Shown: positions 54,445 through 62,781 of the stretch, in pieces | Position numbering within the stretch: the stretch's first letter is position 1 | Layout of the letters: each line of letters begins with the position of its first letter | Origin: a virus | Virus record (IMG/VR): IMGVR_UViG_3300035117_000094 | Span: 1 to 64,000 of that record | Length of the DNA stretch: 64,000 nucleotides | Direction: 5' to 3' (one strand) | Translations under genes and position numbers: made by a program | Notes under the pieces: generated by a model | Seen by the model: the letters and a program-made list of their open reading frames with translations, nothing else | The model's database searches: none | What the model was told of the DNA's origin: nothing

Positions 54445-54774
54445 ATGCCCAAGACGCACCACGCTACGCGCAAGTTCAGGCTGGAGTGCGGCTGCCTCCG
54501 GGACTACCCGGGCATGGCGGCGGGCAAGCGCCATAGCGTGCTGTGCACGTCCTGCGGCAAGGCGTCGGCAACCTTGTTCGCCTACCCGGACAAGTGCTGC
54601 GGGGCCGAGGCCATGGTCGCCCAGGGCAGCCGCAGCACCCGCGTGAGCTGCACGAATGAAGCCGGGAATAGCGAATGCGGAGCCGGGGTTCACTACGACG
54701 AGTACGCCAGCGCCCGGTTTACCGTGACAGTGTCCCTGAAGAGGGGCAACTGGGGTAACACGGGCCGGGCATAG
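54445..54774 (+). CDS. Cys-rich hypothetical protein
   Basis: LECGC, CTSC. Confidence 0.6.
   Translation: MPKTHHATRKFRLECGCLRDYPGMAAGKRHSVLCTSCGKASATLFAYPDKCCGAEAMVAQGSRSTRVSCTNEAGNSECGAGVHYDEYASARFTVTVSLKRGNWGNTGRA
54665..54690 (+). promoter_or_regulatory. ECF-type promoter GGAAT-N18-GTT (intragenic)
   Basis: Exact match with GCCGG prefix. Confidence 0.6.
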
Positions 54775-54795
54775 CCAAGTGAGAAGGAGACCCGA

Positions 54796-55230
54796 ATGGC
54801 AATCGTAATCCTCATCGGCGTACTGGCAGCGATCCTTGCCGGGGCGTTCCTCGGGCTGATCGAGTGCTACAAGTCGATGATCGTCGTCCCCGTGCTGATC
54901 GTAGCCGGCGCCGTGTTCCTCGGGCAGATGGAGTACGGCACGGTGCGCCACGTGACGTTCACCGTCCGCTCGCTTGACGACCAGGGCGGATCCCAGCACA
55001 AGTACCTGCTGTTCACCACGGACGGGCACGTGTACGAGGACACGGACACGTGGCTTCACGGCAAGACCGACAGCTCGGACGTGTGGGGCGCCTTCCTGAA
55101 CGCGGGCACCGGGGCGACGTGGGACTGCCCGGTCTACGGCTACCGGCTCCACTGGCCGACTAGCTACCAGGACGTCCTCGACGGCTGCAAGCTCCTTCAC
55201 GCCGGGCACGCAGCCACCCCCGCAGGCTAA
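54796..55230 (+). CDS. Membrane-anchored secreted phage protein (DUF1523-like)
   Basis: TM helices; KYLLFT..VYEDTD..GK.DSSD..VYGYR. Confidence 0.7.
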   Translation: MAIVILIGVLAAILAGAFLGLIECYKSMIVVPVLIVAGAVFLGQMEYGTVRHVTFTVRSLDDQGGSQHKYLLFTTDGHVYEDTDTWLHGKTDSSDVWGAFLNAGTGATWDCPVYGYRLHWPTSYQDVLDGCKLLHAGHAATPAG

Positions 55231-55443
55231 GTGACGAGGAGGACCGGGATGCGGGTTGAGGTAGACGCCGACGAGTACAGCGGCGACATCGGCATCACGT
55301 TCGAGGATGAGAGCGCGTTCCTGCGCGAGTACTGCACGATCGAGGTACCCGATGACGTGGCCGCCCAGTGGAAGGACGCCCGGGACAAGTACCGGGTCAT
55401 GCTCAGGCAGGTGAACGAGTATGCCGGGAGGACGCTCATCTGA
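55231..55443 (+). CDS. Hypothetical protein
   Basis: Packed ORF. Confidence 0.55.
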   Translation: MTRRTGMRVEVDADEYSGDIGITFEDESAFLREYCTIEVPDDVAAQWKDARDKYRVMLRQVNEYAGRTLI

Positions 55444-56044
55444 GGACGAGCCTGTGCCTCACGGTGACGAGTCCGGAATCCGGGTGCCACTGGACTTCGG
55501 GGACTACCGCAGGTGGCTGTACAAGACGGCGGCCGACCTGCTGCCGGGCGGCTACTACGACACGGGCATTGACGACCTGGCGCAGGAGGGCCGGGTGGCC
55601 ATGTGGCGTGCCCTGGAAACTCATGACCCGGCCAGGGGGGCGCTCGCCCCGTGGGTAACCCGGGCTGCCCGTACCCGGATGCGCGACCTGGCATGGGGCC
55701 ACGGGCAGCCTACCGGGCACGAGCCTGTCCGGGGCTTCACGGAGGCCGAGGTAGCCGTTTACATAGACGGGCAGGAATCGCCTGACGACCTGGCCCCGGC
55801 CGAGGCTGCCGTGGAGATGGCCGAGCCAGCGCTCATGGAGGTGCTGCGGGAGCTGCCCGAGGAGCAGAGGGAGTATATCTGGCTGCGCTTCTGGTGCGGG
55901 ATAGAGGTCTCCTCGCGCGTCCCGGGCATCCGCAGCGTGGCGGCCCAGTACCCTATCCTGAGGAAGCGCTGGGTATGGGTGAAGGCACGCGAGACGCTGG
56001 CTGCCGACCCTCGCGTACGGCAGCTGGCAGAGGTAACCGGATGA
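55421..56044 (+). CDS. RNA polymerase sigma factor (ECF-sized)
   Basis: Region 2 DDLAQEG.VAMWRA...DPARG....W.....R.RMRD; region-4-like LPEEQRE.I.LRF. Confidence 0.8.
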   Translation: MPGGRSSEDEPVPHGDESGIRVPLDFGDYRRWLYKTAADLLPGGYYDTGIDDLAQEGRVAMWRALETHDPARGALAPWVTRAARTRMRDLAWGHGQPTGHEPVRGFTEAEVAVYIDGQESPDDLAPAEAAVEMAEPALMEVLRELPEEQREYIWLRFWCGIEVSSRVPGIRSVAAQYPILRKRWVWVKARETLAADPRVRQLAEVTG

Positions 56045-56057
56045 GAGGGCATGCGCG

Positions 56058-56552
56058 ATGATCGTATCCGTCATAGGGATCGACCCGGGCGCGACGACGG
56101 GGCTGGCGTTCCTCGACTACTGCCTCCAGCCGGGCGGGGCGTACCTGCTCGGCAAGCCCGTGCTGCTCCAGGCTGAGGGCGACTCCGCCGTGCACGTCCT
56201 GGAGGCGATGCTCCGCACCTGGTACGGCCCTGACGAGCGGGTCACCGGCCGGTTCGCCGGCGTTGAGCGGTTCGTCACCGGCAGGTCAGCGGGCACCCGG
56301 GGGCCGGCGGCCGAGGTGACCCGGCAGCTCGTCATGGCGCTCGCCGAGTGCTGCCAGGTCGGGGGCTACCGCGTGCAACTGCGCAACGCCGCCGTCGCCA
56401 AGGACTGGGCCACGGACAAGAGGCTCATCAGGGCCGGGATCGCCACGGCGGACTCCGGGATCCACGGCAAGCTCAGGGACGGCTTCGATGCCGCCCGCCA
56501 CGGCCTGTACGCCGCCGTGTGGGACGCTAAGATGAAGGACCCGCTGGCATGA
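56058..56552 (+). CDS. RuvC-like Holliday junction resolvase
   Basis: VIGIDPGATTGLA, VERF, DAARH. Confidence 0.8.
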   Translation: MIVSVIGIDPGATTGLAFLDYCLQPGGAYLLGKPVLLQAEGDSAVHVLEAMLRTWYGPDERVTGRFAGVERFVTGRSAGTRGPAAEVTRQLVMALAECCQVGGYRVQLRNAAVAKDWATDKRLIRAGIATADSGIHGKLRDGFDAARHGLYAAVWDAKMKDPLA

Positions 56553-57043
56553 ACACCGATCGCAAGGGCCTGCTGGGCGTGCTGACCGGAGACTGGGACT
56601 GGCCGGAGGGGGCAGCCGAGGCCGCTGTCCTGGTAGCGGACACCGCCGGCCGGCTGACTATCGCCGTTGGCCCGGAGACGGACCTGGTCATCTCCGCGCT
56701 GGAGCCGTGCGAGGCGTGCGGCAAGGGCGGCGGGTACGACGTGCTCGAAGCGGACCGGAAGGCCGGGGCCGGTGGCTTACACGGCCCTCGTCAGGACAGG
56801 ACGTTACCACCAGGGGCACTACGCCTATGATTTCGAGACGCCAGGGGAGCGCAAGGAGTTCGTTAAGTCGCACCCGCAGGTGTGGTGGTACTTCTTTCCC
56901 GAGGAGGACGAGTTCGAGTCGGGCTGGCACAAGGGCGGCGCGTGGAAGGCCCTTGTGCCAGGGCCAGAAGCCCCTGAACCGCCCGTAGCGGCCCCGGAAG
57001 TCCCGCCCCTGGTCCAGGAGCGGCCAGAGCCGGAGGACCGCTG

Positions 57044-57328
57044 GTGAGCGGTTACGGCCTCACGTGGAGCGAGCTTAACGACTTCGCCGCCGGCCTGCCG
57101 AAGCTGCGGCGGACCGAGCTGCACTGCCACCCCCTCGTCCTGGCTGCCCTGAAGGAGATCTCGGACAGGGAGCCGTCGTTCAGCGCCCTTCCCCCGGGCG
57201 GCGGCCTTGCCGGCATCCCGGTTTACGAGCACGCGCTCTGGGCGGCGGGGTACTGGGAGCTGCGCGAGGACGGTACAGTGACTGACAGCGGCACGATCGT
57301 GCCGTTGCCCGCCAGGGAGGCCACGTGA
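57044..57328 (+). CDS. Hypothetical protein
   Basis: GGAGG SD, GTGA overlap. Confidence 0.6.
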   Translation: MSGYGLTWSELNDFAAGLPKLRRTELHCHPLVLAALKEISDREPSFSALPPGGGLAGIPVYEHALWAAGYWELREDGTVTDSGTIVPLPAREAT

Positions 57329-57546
57329 AACTGAGGCAGCTAGCCGCGCTGTACGCCAAGACGCGGGTCATCTCGTGGCTGACCACCACGAACCAGGCGG
57401 TGTGCATCTTCACCACGGACGGCTGCCGTATAAACCTCGCCGAGTTCTGCAACGGCCAGTACCGCGAGTCGCCGCCGCTCATTCCCGATTTCATGCCGCC
57501 CGAGTGGCAGCAGGGGCAGCAGAAGCCCCCGGGGGAAAGCCCGTAA
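57325..57546 (+). CDS. Hypothetical protein
   Basis: GGAGG SD, GTGA overlap. Confidence 0.55.
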   Translation: MKLRQLAALYAKTRVISWLTTTNQAVCIFTTDGCRINLAEFCNGQYRESPPLIPDFMPPEWQQGQQKPPGESP

Positions 57547-57939
57547 CGAGGACAACGCAGTACAAGGAGGGCACATGAGGCCATGGAAGGACCCGGGGTC
57601 AGCGGGCACCCGGGACGTCACGGGCGATGACATGCCGGGGAGGGGCAGGCTGCGCGTCATGGCCGGCGTCTCCCTGAACGAGGCTGCCAAGGCCCGGGGC
57701 GGGCTGATCGCGGGCGGCAGGCCCGGTGAGGCAGCACGGGTGGAGGCCAGCGCCATCGAGGGCGCCTCCGCGCTGGAGCTGTACGACGCCAGCCAGAAAC
57801 CGCCGGTCTTATGCCGGGCGGATCACACGGCCCGCACTGCGGCCTGAGCAGCGACGGCAAGTACATGATCTGCTGTGACTGCCCTTCCTGCCACGGTCCT
57901 GTGGAGCCGGCGCCCCTGAAGCCCCCGAGGAAGTAAGCC

Positions 57940-57965
57940 GGAATAACCCGGGACCACAGGAGGTT
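57940..57965 (+). promoter_or_regulatory. ECF-type promoter GGAAT-N18-GTT
   Basis: Exact; ATG 9 nt downstream. Confidence 0.85.
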
Positions 57966-57974
57966 CACCAGGGC

Positions 57975-58214
57975 ATGCCGAACAACATGAGCCAGCGACA
58001 GAAAAAAGGACGACCGCCTCGCGGCAAGCCGGTGAGCGAGGATGGCCGCATGGCGAACTACGAGCGTCAGGCTTACGCGCTCAGCGGCGGCAGGAGCGGG
58101 CACCGGGCTACCCGTGACGGGTTCACCGGGCCGCAGCGGCGCCGCCTCACCCACAAGGACAACCACGCCAGTGCTTCGTTCGGGGCAGGGGCAGGACAGG
58201 AGGCCGCAGCATGA
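57975..58214 (+). CDS. Small basic protein
   Basis: Follows promoter; ATGA overlap with next gene. Confidence 0.6.
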   Translation: MPNNMSQRQKKGRPPRGKPVSEDGRMANYERQAYALSGGRSGHRATRDGFTGPQRRRLTHKDNHASASFGAGAGQEAAA

Positions 58215-58936
58215 GCGGAGACTACGACGATTACGAGCGGGCGAGTTACCCGATCTCGGCTTTCCTCCCGACGCGCCGGTCCGTGGCCTGTGACGTCATG
58301 GCGGACAGCGATGCCGTGGTCGCTACGGTGTCTTACTCGTACAGGGGCGGTCGCAGCGAGTTTCCGCTAGCGTATACGATGACCGGCTCCTCCAAGCGCG
58401 AGCGCGGCGACGCCTGTGACGCGGAGGTGGGCGAGCTGCTCGCCGTGTCCCGCGCCCTGGCCAAGCTGGCGGCCCGCCTGGAGAAGCGGGCACAGGGCCG
58501 GATGCGGCAGCTAGCCGCCATTAAGCGGCATAAGGCCGAGATCAGGGCGCGTAAGGCGGCCAGCTCGCCTCCCGTGGACACGGCCTCTGCGACGGCGCTG
58601 TTCACCAGCTTTAGCGGGTTCAGCCTGCGGATGCCCGTCATCAGCTTCGGCTTCGTCCCGGTTAAGCCGGAAGAAGAGGCGACCATGGCGGCCGGGCAGG
58701 CTGCGCACGACGCGGCGCTAGCGGGCGGCGATACCGCGTTCGGGGAGAGCGTGACCGCGAAAGGCGGCGGTAAGCCGGCAGGAGGCGAGTACGCGGCGGA
58801 GACGGTGTTCCCGGTTCGCGCCCGGTTCACGGATCGCTATTCCGGGCGGGCGCGCCTGCTGGTGCTGAGCGCGCAGGGGTACGTGACGATGTACGACGAG
58901 GAGTCGGGCAGCAAGATACGCTCTTACTATGCCTGA
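58211..58936 (+). CDS. DUF1876 / dsRBD-fold-like protein
   Basis: GSSKR..GD..D.EVGELLA.SRAL. Confidence 0.65.
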   Translation: MSGDYDDYERASYPISAFLPTRRSVACDVMADSDAVVATVSYSYRGGRSEFPLAYTMTGSSKRERGDACDAEVGELLAVSRALAKLAARLEKRAQGRMRQLAAIKRHKAEIRARKAASSPPVDTASATALFTSFSGFSLRMPVISFGFVPVKPEEEATMAAGQAAHDAALAGGDTAFGESVTAKGGGKPAGGEYAAETVFPVRARFTDRYSGRARLLVLSAQGYVTMYDEESGSKIRSYYA

Positions 58937-59195
58937 CAAGCATCGTCGCGACGGGATAGCGATCGACCCTGAGAAGGTCCGCTACTTCCTCAGCCTGCGG
59001 GCGCTCAGCCGTAACTCGCTGAGCGCCCGCTCTGGCATCCCGTACCGGGTGCTCACCTTCTACCTGTCCGGGGAGCGACGGCCGAGGGTGGCTAATTTCC
59101 GGAGGCTGTACACCGCCCTCGGCTGTGGTCCCGAGGACTTGCTGAAGGCCCGGCACGGCAGGAAGCACCTCATCGATCATGACGTGACGGAGTAG
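58929..59195 (+). CDS. XRE-family HTH protein
   Basis: LSRNSLS.RSGI....L..Y.SG.R.P....RL..ALG. Confidence 0.8.
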   Translation: MPDKHRRDGIAIDPEKVRYFLSLRALSRNSLSARSGIPYRVLTFYLSGERRPRVANFRRLYTALGCGPEDLLKARHGRKHLIDHDVTE

Positions 59196-59260
59196 CTGTG
59201 CCGCGTTACCGCCCGGTAGGCTAGGTAGCGGAGTGGATCCCTACTAGACCTGGGCGTTCG

Positions 59261-59860
59261 GTGGATGCTAGCGCGTGGCTTACCGTTATCACGGCTGTCG
59301 CCTCAGTGGCGGCCAACTTCGTCGCCTACGTGGCGTGGCGGGATGGCCGCAAGAAGGACGATGGCACGGCGCTGAAGGAGCAGGTCCAGGGGCAGATCGC
59401 TACCGCCCTGGAACCTGCCGCCTTGCTTATCAGCGGGCTTAGCCAGAAGTTCGAGGCCCATCTCGGGCACGAGCCGGTTATCCTGGACGCAGCGCTAGCG
59501 CGGTCCCTACAGCCCGTGCGCGAGGACATAGCCGTGCTCAAGAGCCAGGTCGAGGTGTTCTGGAAGCAGGTGGGCTTCAACATGGCGACGACCCTTCACC
59601 AGCCCGACCCGGCGCGCAAGCACGTTGACACGCTGCTTGAGGCGTTCATGGCCATGCTCGACGACGGGCCGCCGATGGGACCGGGGGAGGTAGAGGAGCT
59701 ACGGCGCCTGCTCGTGGTCATACGTGACTGGGAGCCGGGGCAGCGGATAGACTTTCCAGTGCGGCAGGGGGAACAGGCCGCAGCCGGCCTCCTGCTCAGC
59801 GTGATGAGTCACGTGATCCCGCCCCGCGAGCTGGTAAACGGAGGTAAGCAGCATGCCTGA
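59261..59860 (+). CDS. Membrane protein (N-terminal TM)
   Basis: TM helix then helical domain. Confidence 0.65.
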   Translation: MDASAWLTVITAVASVAANFVAYVAWRDGRKKDDGTALKEQVQGQIATALEPAALLISGLSQKFEAHLGHEPVILDAALARSLQPVREDIAVLKSQVEVFWKQVGFNMATTLHQPDPARKHVDTLLEAFMAMLDDGPPMGPGEVEELRRLLVVIRDWEPGQRIDFPVRQGEQAAAGLLLSVMSHVIPPRELVNGGKQHA

Positions 59861-60404
59861 AGACGAGAGCAAGCTAACGGAAGTGCCCGGGTTCCCGGCG
59901 GATCCGGTGATTGCCCTTGCCGTGCGCAAGGCCACCGAGCGCCTGGAGAACGTCATCGGCGGCATGAAGGAGGAGCTGCGGCTGGCCCAGCGGGCGGCGC
60001 GCTGGCGCACGCTCTGGGTATGCCTGCTCGGCCTCGCCTGCACGGGCGTGGCCTTCGTCGCGGTACTCGCGCTTACCACGGCCAGCCAGGAGCGCGCCAC
60101 GGCCGGCCAGGCACGCGCCGCAGCACGGCAGGCGCAGGCAATTACCCAGCAGGTAGTCCAGGGGTCGCTGCGATCGTGCCTGGACGGCAACGCTAATCGC
60201 GCGGGCACCGTGCTGGCCATCGACCGGCTGGTCACGCTGCTCGTCAACGGCAGCAAGGACCCGGCCACGCTGAAGGCTGAGCGCACTTACGAGGCGTACG
60301 TCCTTGCCGTCAACGCGCCCCAGAACTGCTACGCGGTCTACCACGTGAAGCCCCCGGTACCCGGCGTCCCGGCTGGCGCTGCGGGTGCCAGTGCCCTACC
60401 CTGA
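59853..60404 (+). CDS. Membrane protein
   Basis: GGAGG SD; TM helix plus Cys pair. Confidence 0.7.
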   Translation: MPEDESKLTEVPGFPADPVIALAVRKATERLENVIGGMKEELRLAQRAARWRTLWVCLLGLACTGVAFVAVLALTTASQERATAGQARAAARQAQAITQQVVQGSLRSCLDGNANRAGTVLAIDRLVTLLVNGSKDPATLKAERTYEAYVLAVNAPQNCYAVYHVKPPVPGVPAGAAGASALP

Positions 60405-60419
60405 GCACAGGAGGTAGTC

Positions 60420-60572
60420 ATGAAGGACGTTAGCGGGCTGAACGGCATGCTCGGGGACGGCGAGGGGCAGTGGCCGCGCATCGGCGAGGTCGCCCCTGAC
60501 CCGGTCCCGGAGTGGCCGCTGGTGGACACGGCAGACAGGGGTCCGCAGGATCCCCGGTGGGAGAAGCTGTAG
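60420..60572 (+). CDS. Small hypothetical protein (50 aa)
   Basis: AGGAGG SD. Confidence 0.55.
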   Translation: MKDVSGLNGMLGDGEGQWPRIGEVAPDPVPEWPLVDTADRGPQDPRWEKL

Positions 60573-60578
60573 CAGGCA

Positions 60579-60651
60579 CGGCCGGTAGCTCAACGGCAGA
60601 GCGCCCCGGGAGGAACCGGGGAAGACCTAGGTTCGAGTCCTGGCCGGCCAC
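60579..60651 (+). ncRNA. tRNA-like RNA with aberrant anticodon loop
   Basis: Canonical D and T arms; C1:A72; anticodon arm CCCCGG-GAGGAA-CCGGGG lacks U33 and a 7-nt loop. Confidence 0.75.
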
Positions 60652-60726
60652 TGGTAGAATGGGCTTCATGTCAAAGCTGCACGCGCGCCCGTCACTCCAG
60701 TACCGGTACGAGCACTACGACCCCCG

Positions 60727-60751
60727 GGAATAACCGCAGCGTACCTGCGCT
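60727..60751 (+). promoter_or_regulatory. ECF-type promoter variant GGAAT-N17-GCT
   Basis: Directly before the 60757 RNA. Confidence 0.55.
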
Positions 60752-60756
60752 GCACG

Positions 60757-60830
60757 CGAAGACCGGGCCGGGCGGAACTGGCTGCACCGGGTCAAGGGGA
60801 GTTCGAGCCTCCCTCCCGGGCCGGTCTTCG
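60757..60830 (+). ncRNA. Reduced tRNA-like RNA (long stem + T arm)
   Basis: CGAAGACCGG/CCGGTCTTCG stem, GGGAG-TTCGAGC-CTCCC T arm; 5' end shared with the 60896 RNA. Confidence 0.55.
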
Positions 60831-60860
60831 TGCCAGCAGGTACCGGGGCAGCGAGGCCGG

Positions 60861-60886
60861 GGAATAAGCGCAACGTGCCTTGCGTT
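60861..60886 (+). promoter_or_regulatory. ECF-type promoter GGAAT-N18-GTT
   Basis: Exact; directly before a tRNA-like RNA. Confidence 0.85.
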
Positions 60887-60895
60887 ACACGTGAA

Positions 60896-61000
60896 GACCG
60901 GGCCGGTAGCTCAGCGGATCAGAGCAGCAGTGGCCACTGTGGCGATTCGTCGTCATGACAAGAGAGCAGGACGCGGGTTCGAGTCCCGCCCGGCCCGGTC
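60896..61000 (+). ncRNA. tRNA-like RNA, anticodon arm replaced by a ~41-nt two-hairpin insert
   Basis: Acceptor GGGCCGG/CCGGCCC extended to 11 bp; GCTC/GAGC D arm; GCGGG-TTCGAGT-CCCGC; insert includes TGGCGA-TTCG-TCGTCA. Confidence 0.8.
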
Positions 61001-62773
61001 CTAAGCGAACTTCCCTGGATACAGCATGCTTATGATGGACGCCAAGTCTGTTCTCGCGCTCTGGTAGGGCGTGATGGTGGCCGTCTGGGAGTTGTCGCTG
61101 AACTCGTACTCCCCTATTACGAACGAGATGGGGGCGAAGCCGACCTCGCCGCCGAAGGCGTAGTTGATGCCCAGCACGTCAGTGGTATGGCCGCCCCAGT
61201 TGCAGCCGAGGTCCACGGGCACGCCGCCGTCGCTGACGAGCTGCCCCGGCTGGACGGTGAACGGCGCCGAGAAGTTAGCCCTGATGTACTTGTTCAGGAT
61301 GTTCTTCGCCACTGCCTGCGCGCCGCCCCGGGAGTAGACGCCGCCGTTGCTTATGTCGATGAAGTACTCCATGCGCCCGTGAAGCGCCACGGACCCCGGC
61401 ACGTCGGCGAAGGTGGTCCTGTAGGTAGCGGCCACGGCCTTCTTCGTGGCGGTGGCCACCACGTCAGGGGTTGCCTGGTAGTAGACGACTATCGTGTTGT
61501 AGTCGCCTACGATCGAGCGCTGGACCGGGTTAGTGTTGATGATGTGGAGCTGGGGCGGCACGCGCGGCTCCACTGCCAGCCGGTCCACGCGCTTCCACTT
61601 GTGCCCGACGAGTACCCGGGTCTCCAGCTTCTGCACCGGCCCGGCCTGGAGCGGGTTGCCGGAGAAGTCCTGCGGGAGCGCGACGATCTTCAGCTCCCAC
61701 GGGCCGGGCGGGAACGAGCTTGCCGAAGCCGGGGGGACCAGCTCCCAGGTCAGGGAGCCGCCCGTGCACAGCAGGTTAAGGAAGTCCGTGACGGTCAGCG
61801 ATCCCGGGTTCTGCACGGGGCCGAGGTAGATGCCGGGCGGGCTGCCGATGCCCCTGTTCACCCAGCGCAGGCCCCGGGCGATGGCGAGGTCCACGGGCGC
61901 GTCGGCGGTCCAGCCCGACGACCCCTTAGTCGGCCCTGCCCCCGGCTGCCACCAGGCCGCGAAGTTAGTGCCGTACGTGCCGACGCCGTTGGCGGTGAGC
62001 GTCCAGCCCGTCGAGGCGGGCACAGGCTCGGTGAGGATGCCCTCCCAGATGCACGAGCCGCCCTTGTGCACGGTAACGACCCGGCCGGGGTTCATGGCGT
62101 CCGTGCGGAAGTTCGGCTCAACCTGGAGCGTGGCGGTGAGCTGGTCCGGGCCGCCTGGCAGCGAGTACGTGTAGTTGAGGTCGGCGACGTGCCCTATGCG
62201 CCCCAGCCAGCGCGGGCTGTACGGCTGCGGGACGGTGATGATACCGGACTGCCCCGCCGATATCAGCTCGCCGTGCGCCGGCGGCGGCGCGAAGTACACC
62301 TCCCAGGACGCGGGGGACTCCTGCTGCACGGCGATCACGGTGCAGAGCTGCGGGTCCTGGAGGAGGTACGGCGCCGGCTGGCCGGCCGTCTCGCGCGTGA
62401 TCGTGAACGGGTAGACCGAGAACAGGTCGGGAGCCTCGTTCAGCCCCTGGTAAGCGGGGGCGCCCGGCTCTACGTTATCCCCGGCGAAGACGGGCGGGTT
62501 CGGGAACGCGGAGTACGTGCTCGCGGGGTTGACCTTCCAGAGCTGGAACTTCTCCCCGGCCGACACGGGCGGCGTGTGCTGCCCCTCGACGGACGCCCAC
62601 TGGCTGGTGCTGACCGTGTACCAGCCGTAGCGCGTGCCGTCCGGCCCCGTGCCCGCCCCGGCGCTTGCCGGGAGGTCGGTAGTGGAGCCTGCCTCCACGA
62701 CGGGGAAGGCGCGCTGGGGCAGCGGCGGCGCCCACGTGACTACCTGGCCCGCGTTCCCCTTCTCGAATGCCAT
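61001..62773 (-). CDS. Minor tail protein
   Basis: AGGAG SD; IWEGIL tail-hub-like motif; adjacent to a fibre-type gene. Confidence 0.65.
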   Translation of the reverse strand: MAFEKGNAGQVVTWAPPLPQRAFPVVEAGSTTDLPASAGAGTGPDGTRYGWYTVSTSQWASVEGQHTPPVSAGEKFQLWKVNPASTYSAFPNPPVFAGDNVEPGAPAYQGLNEAPDLFSVYPFTITRETAGQPAPYLLQDPQLCTVIAVQQESPASWEVYFAPPPAHGELISAGQSGIITVPQPYSPRWLGRIGHVADLNYTYSLPGGPDQLTATLQVEPNFRTDAMNPGRVVTVHKGGSCIWEGILTEPVPASTGWTLTANGVGTYGTNFAAWWQPGAGPTKGSSGWTADAPVDLAIARGLRWVNRGIGSPPGIYLGPVQNPGSLTVTDFLNLLCTGGSLTWELVPPASASSFPPGPWELKIVALPQDFSGNPLQAGPVQKLETRVLVGHKWKRVDRLAVEPRVPPQLHIINTNPVQRSIVGDYNTIVVYYQATPDVVATATKKAVAATYRTTFADVPGSVALHGRMEYFIDISNGGVYSRGGAQAVAKNILNKYIRANFSAPFTVQPGQLVSDGGVPVDLGCNWGGHTTDVLGINYAFGGEVGFAPISFVIGEYEFSDNSQTATITPYQSARTDLASIISMLYPGKFA

Positions 62774-62781
62774 GACGACTC

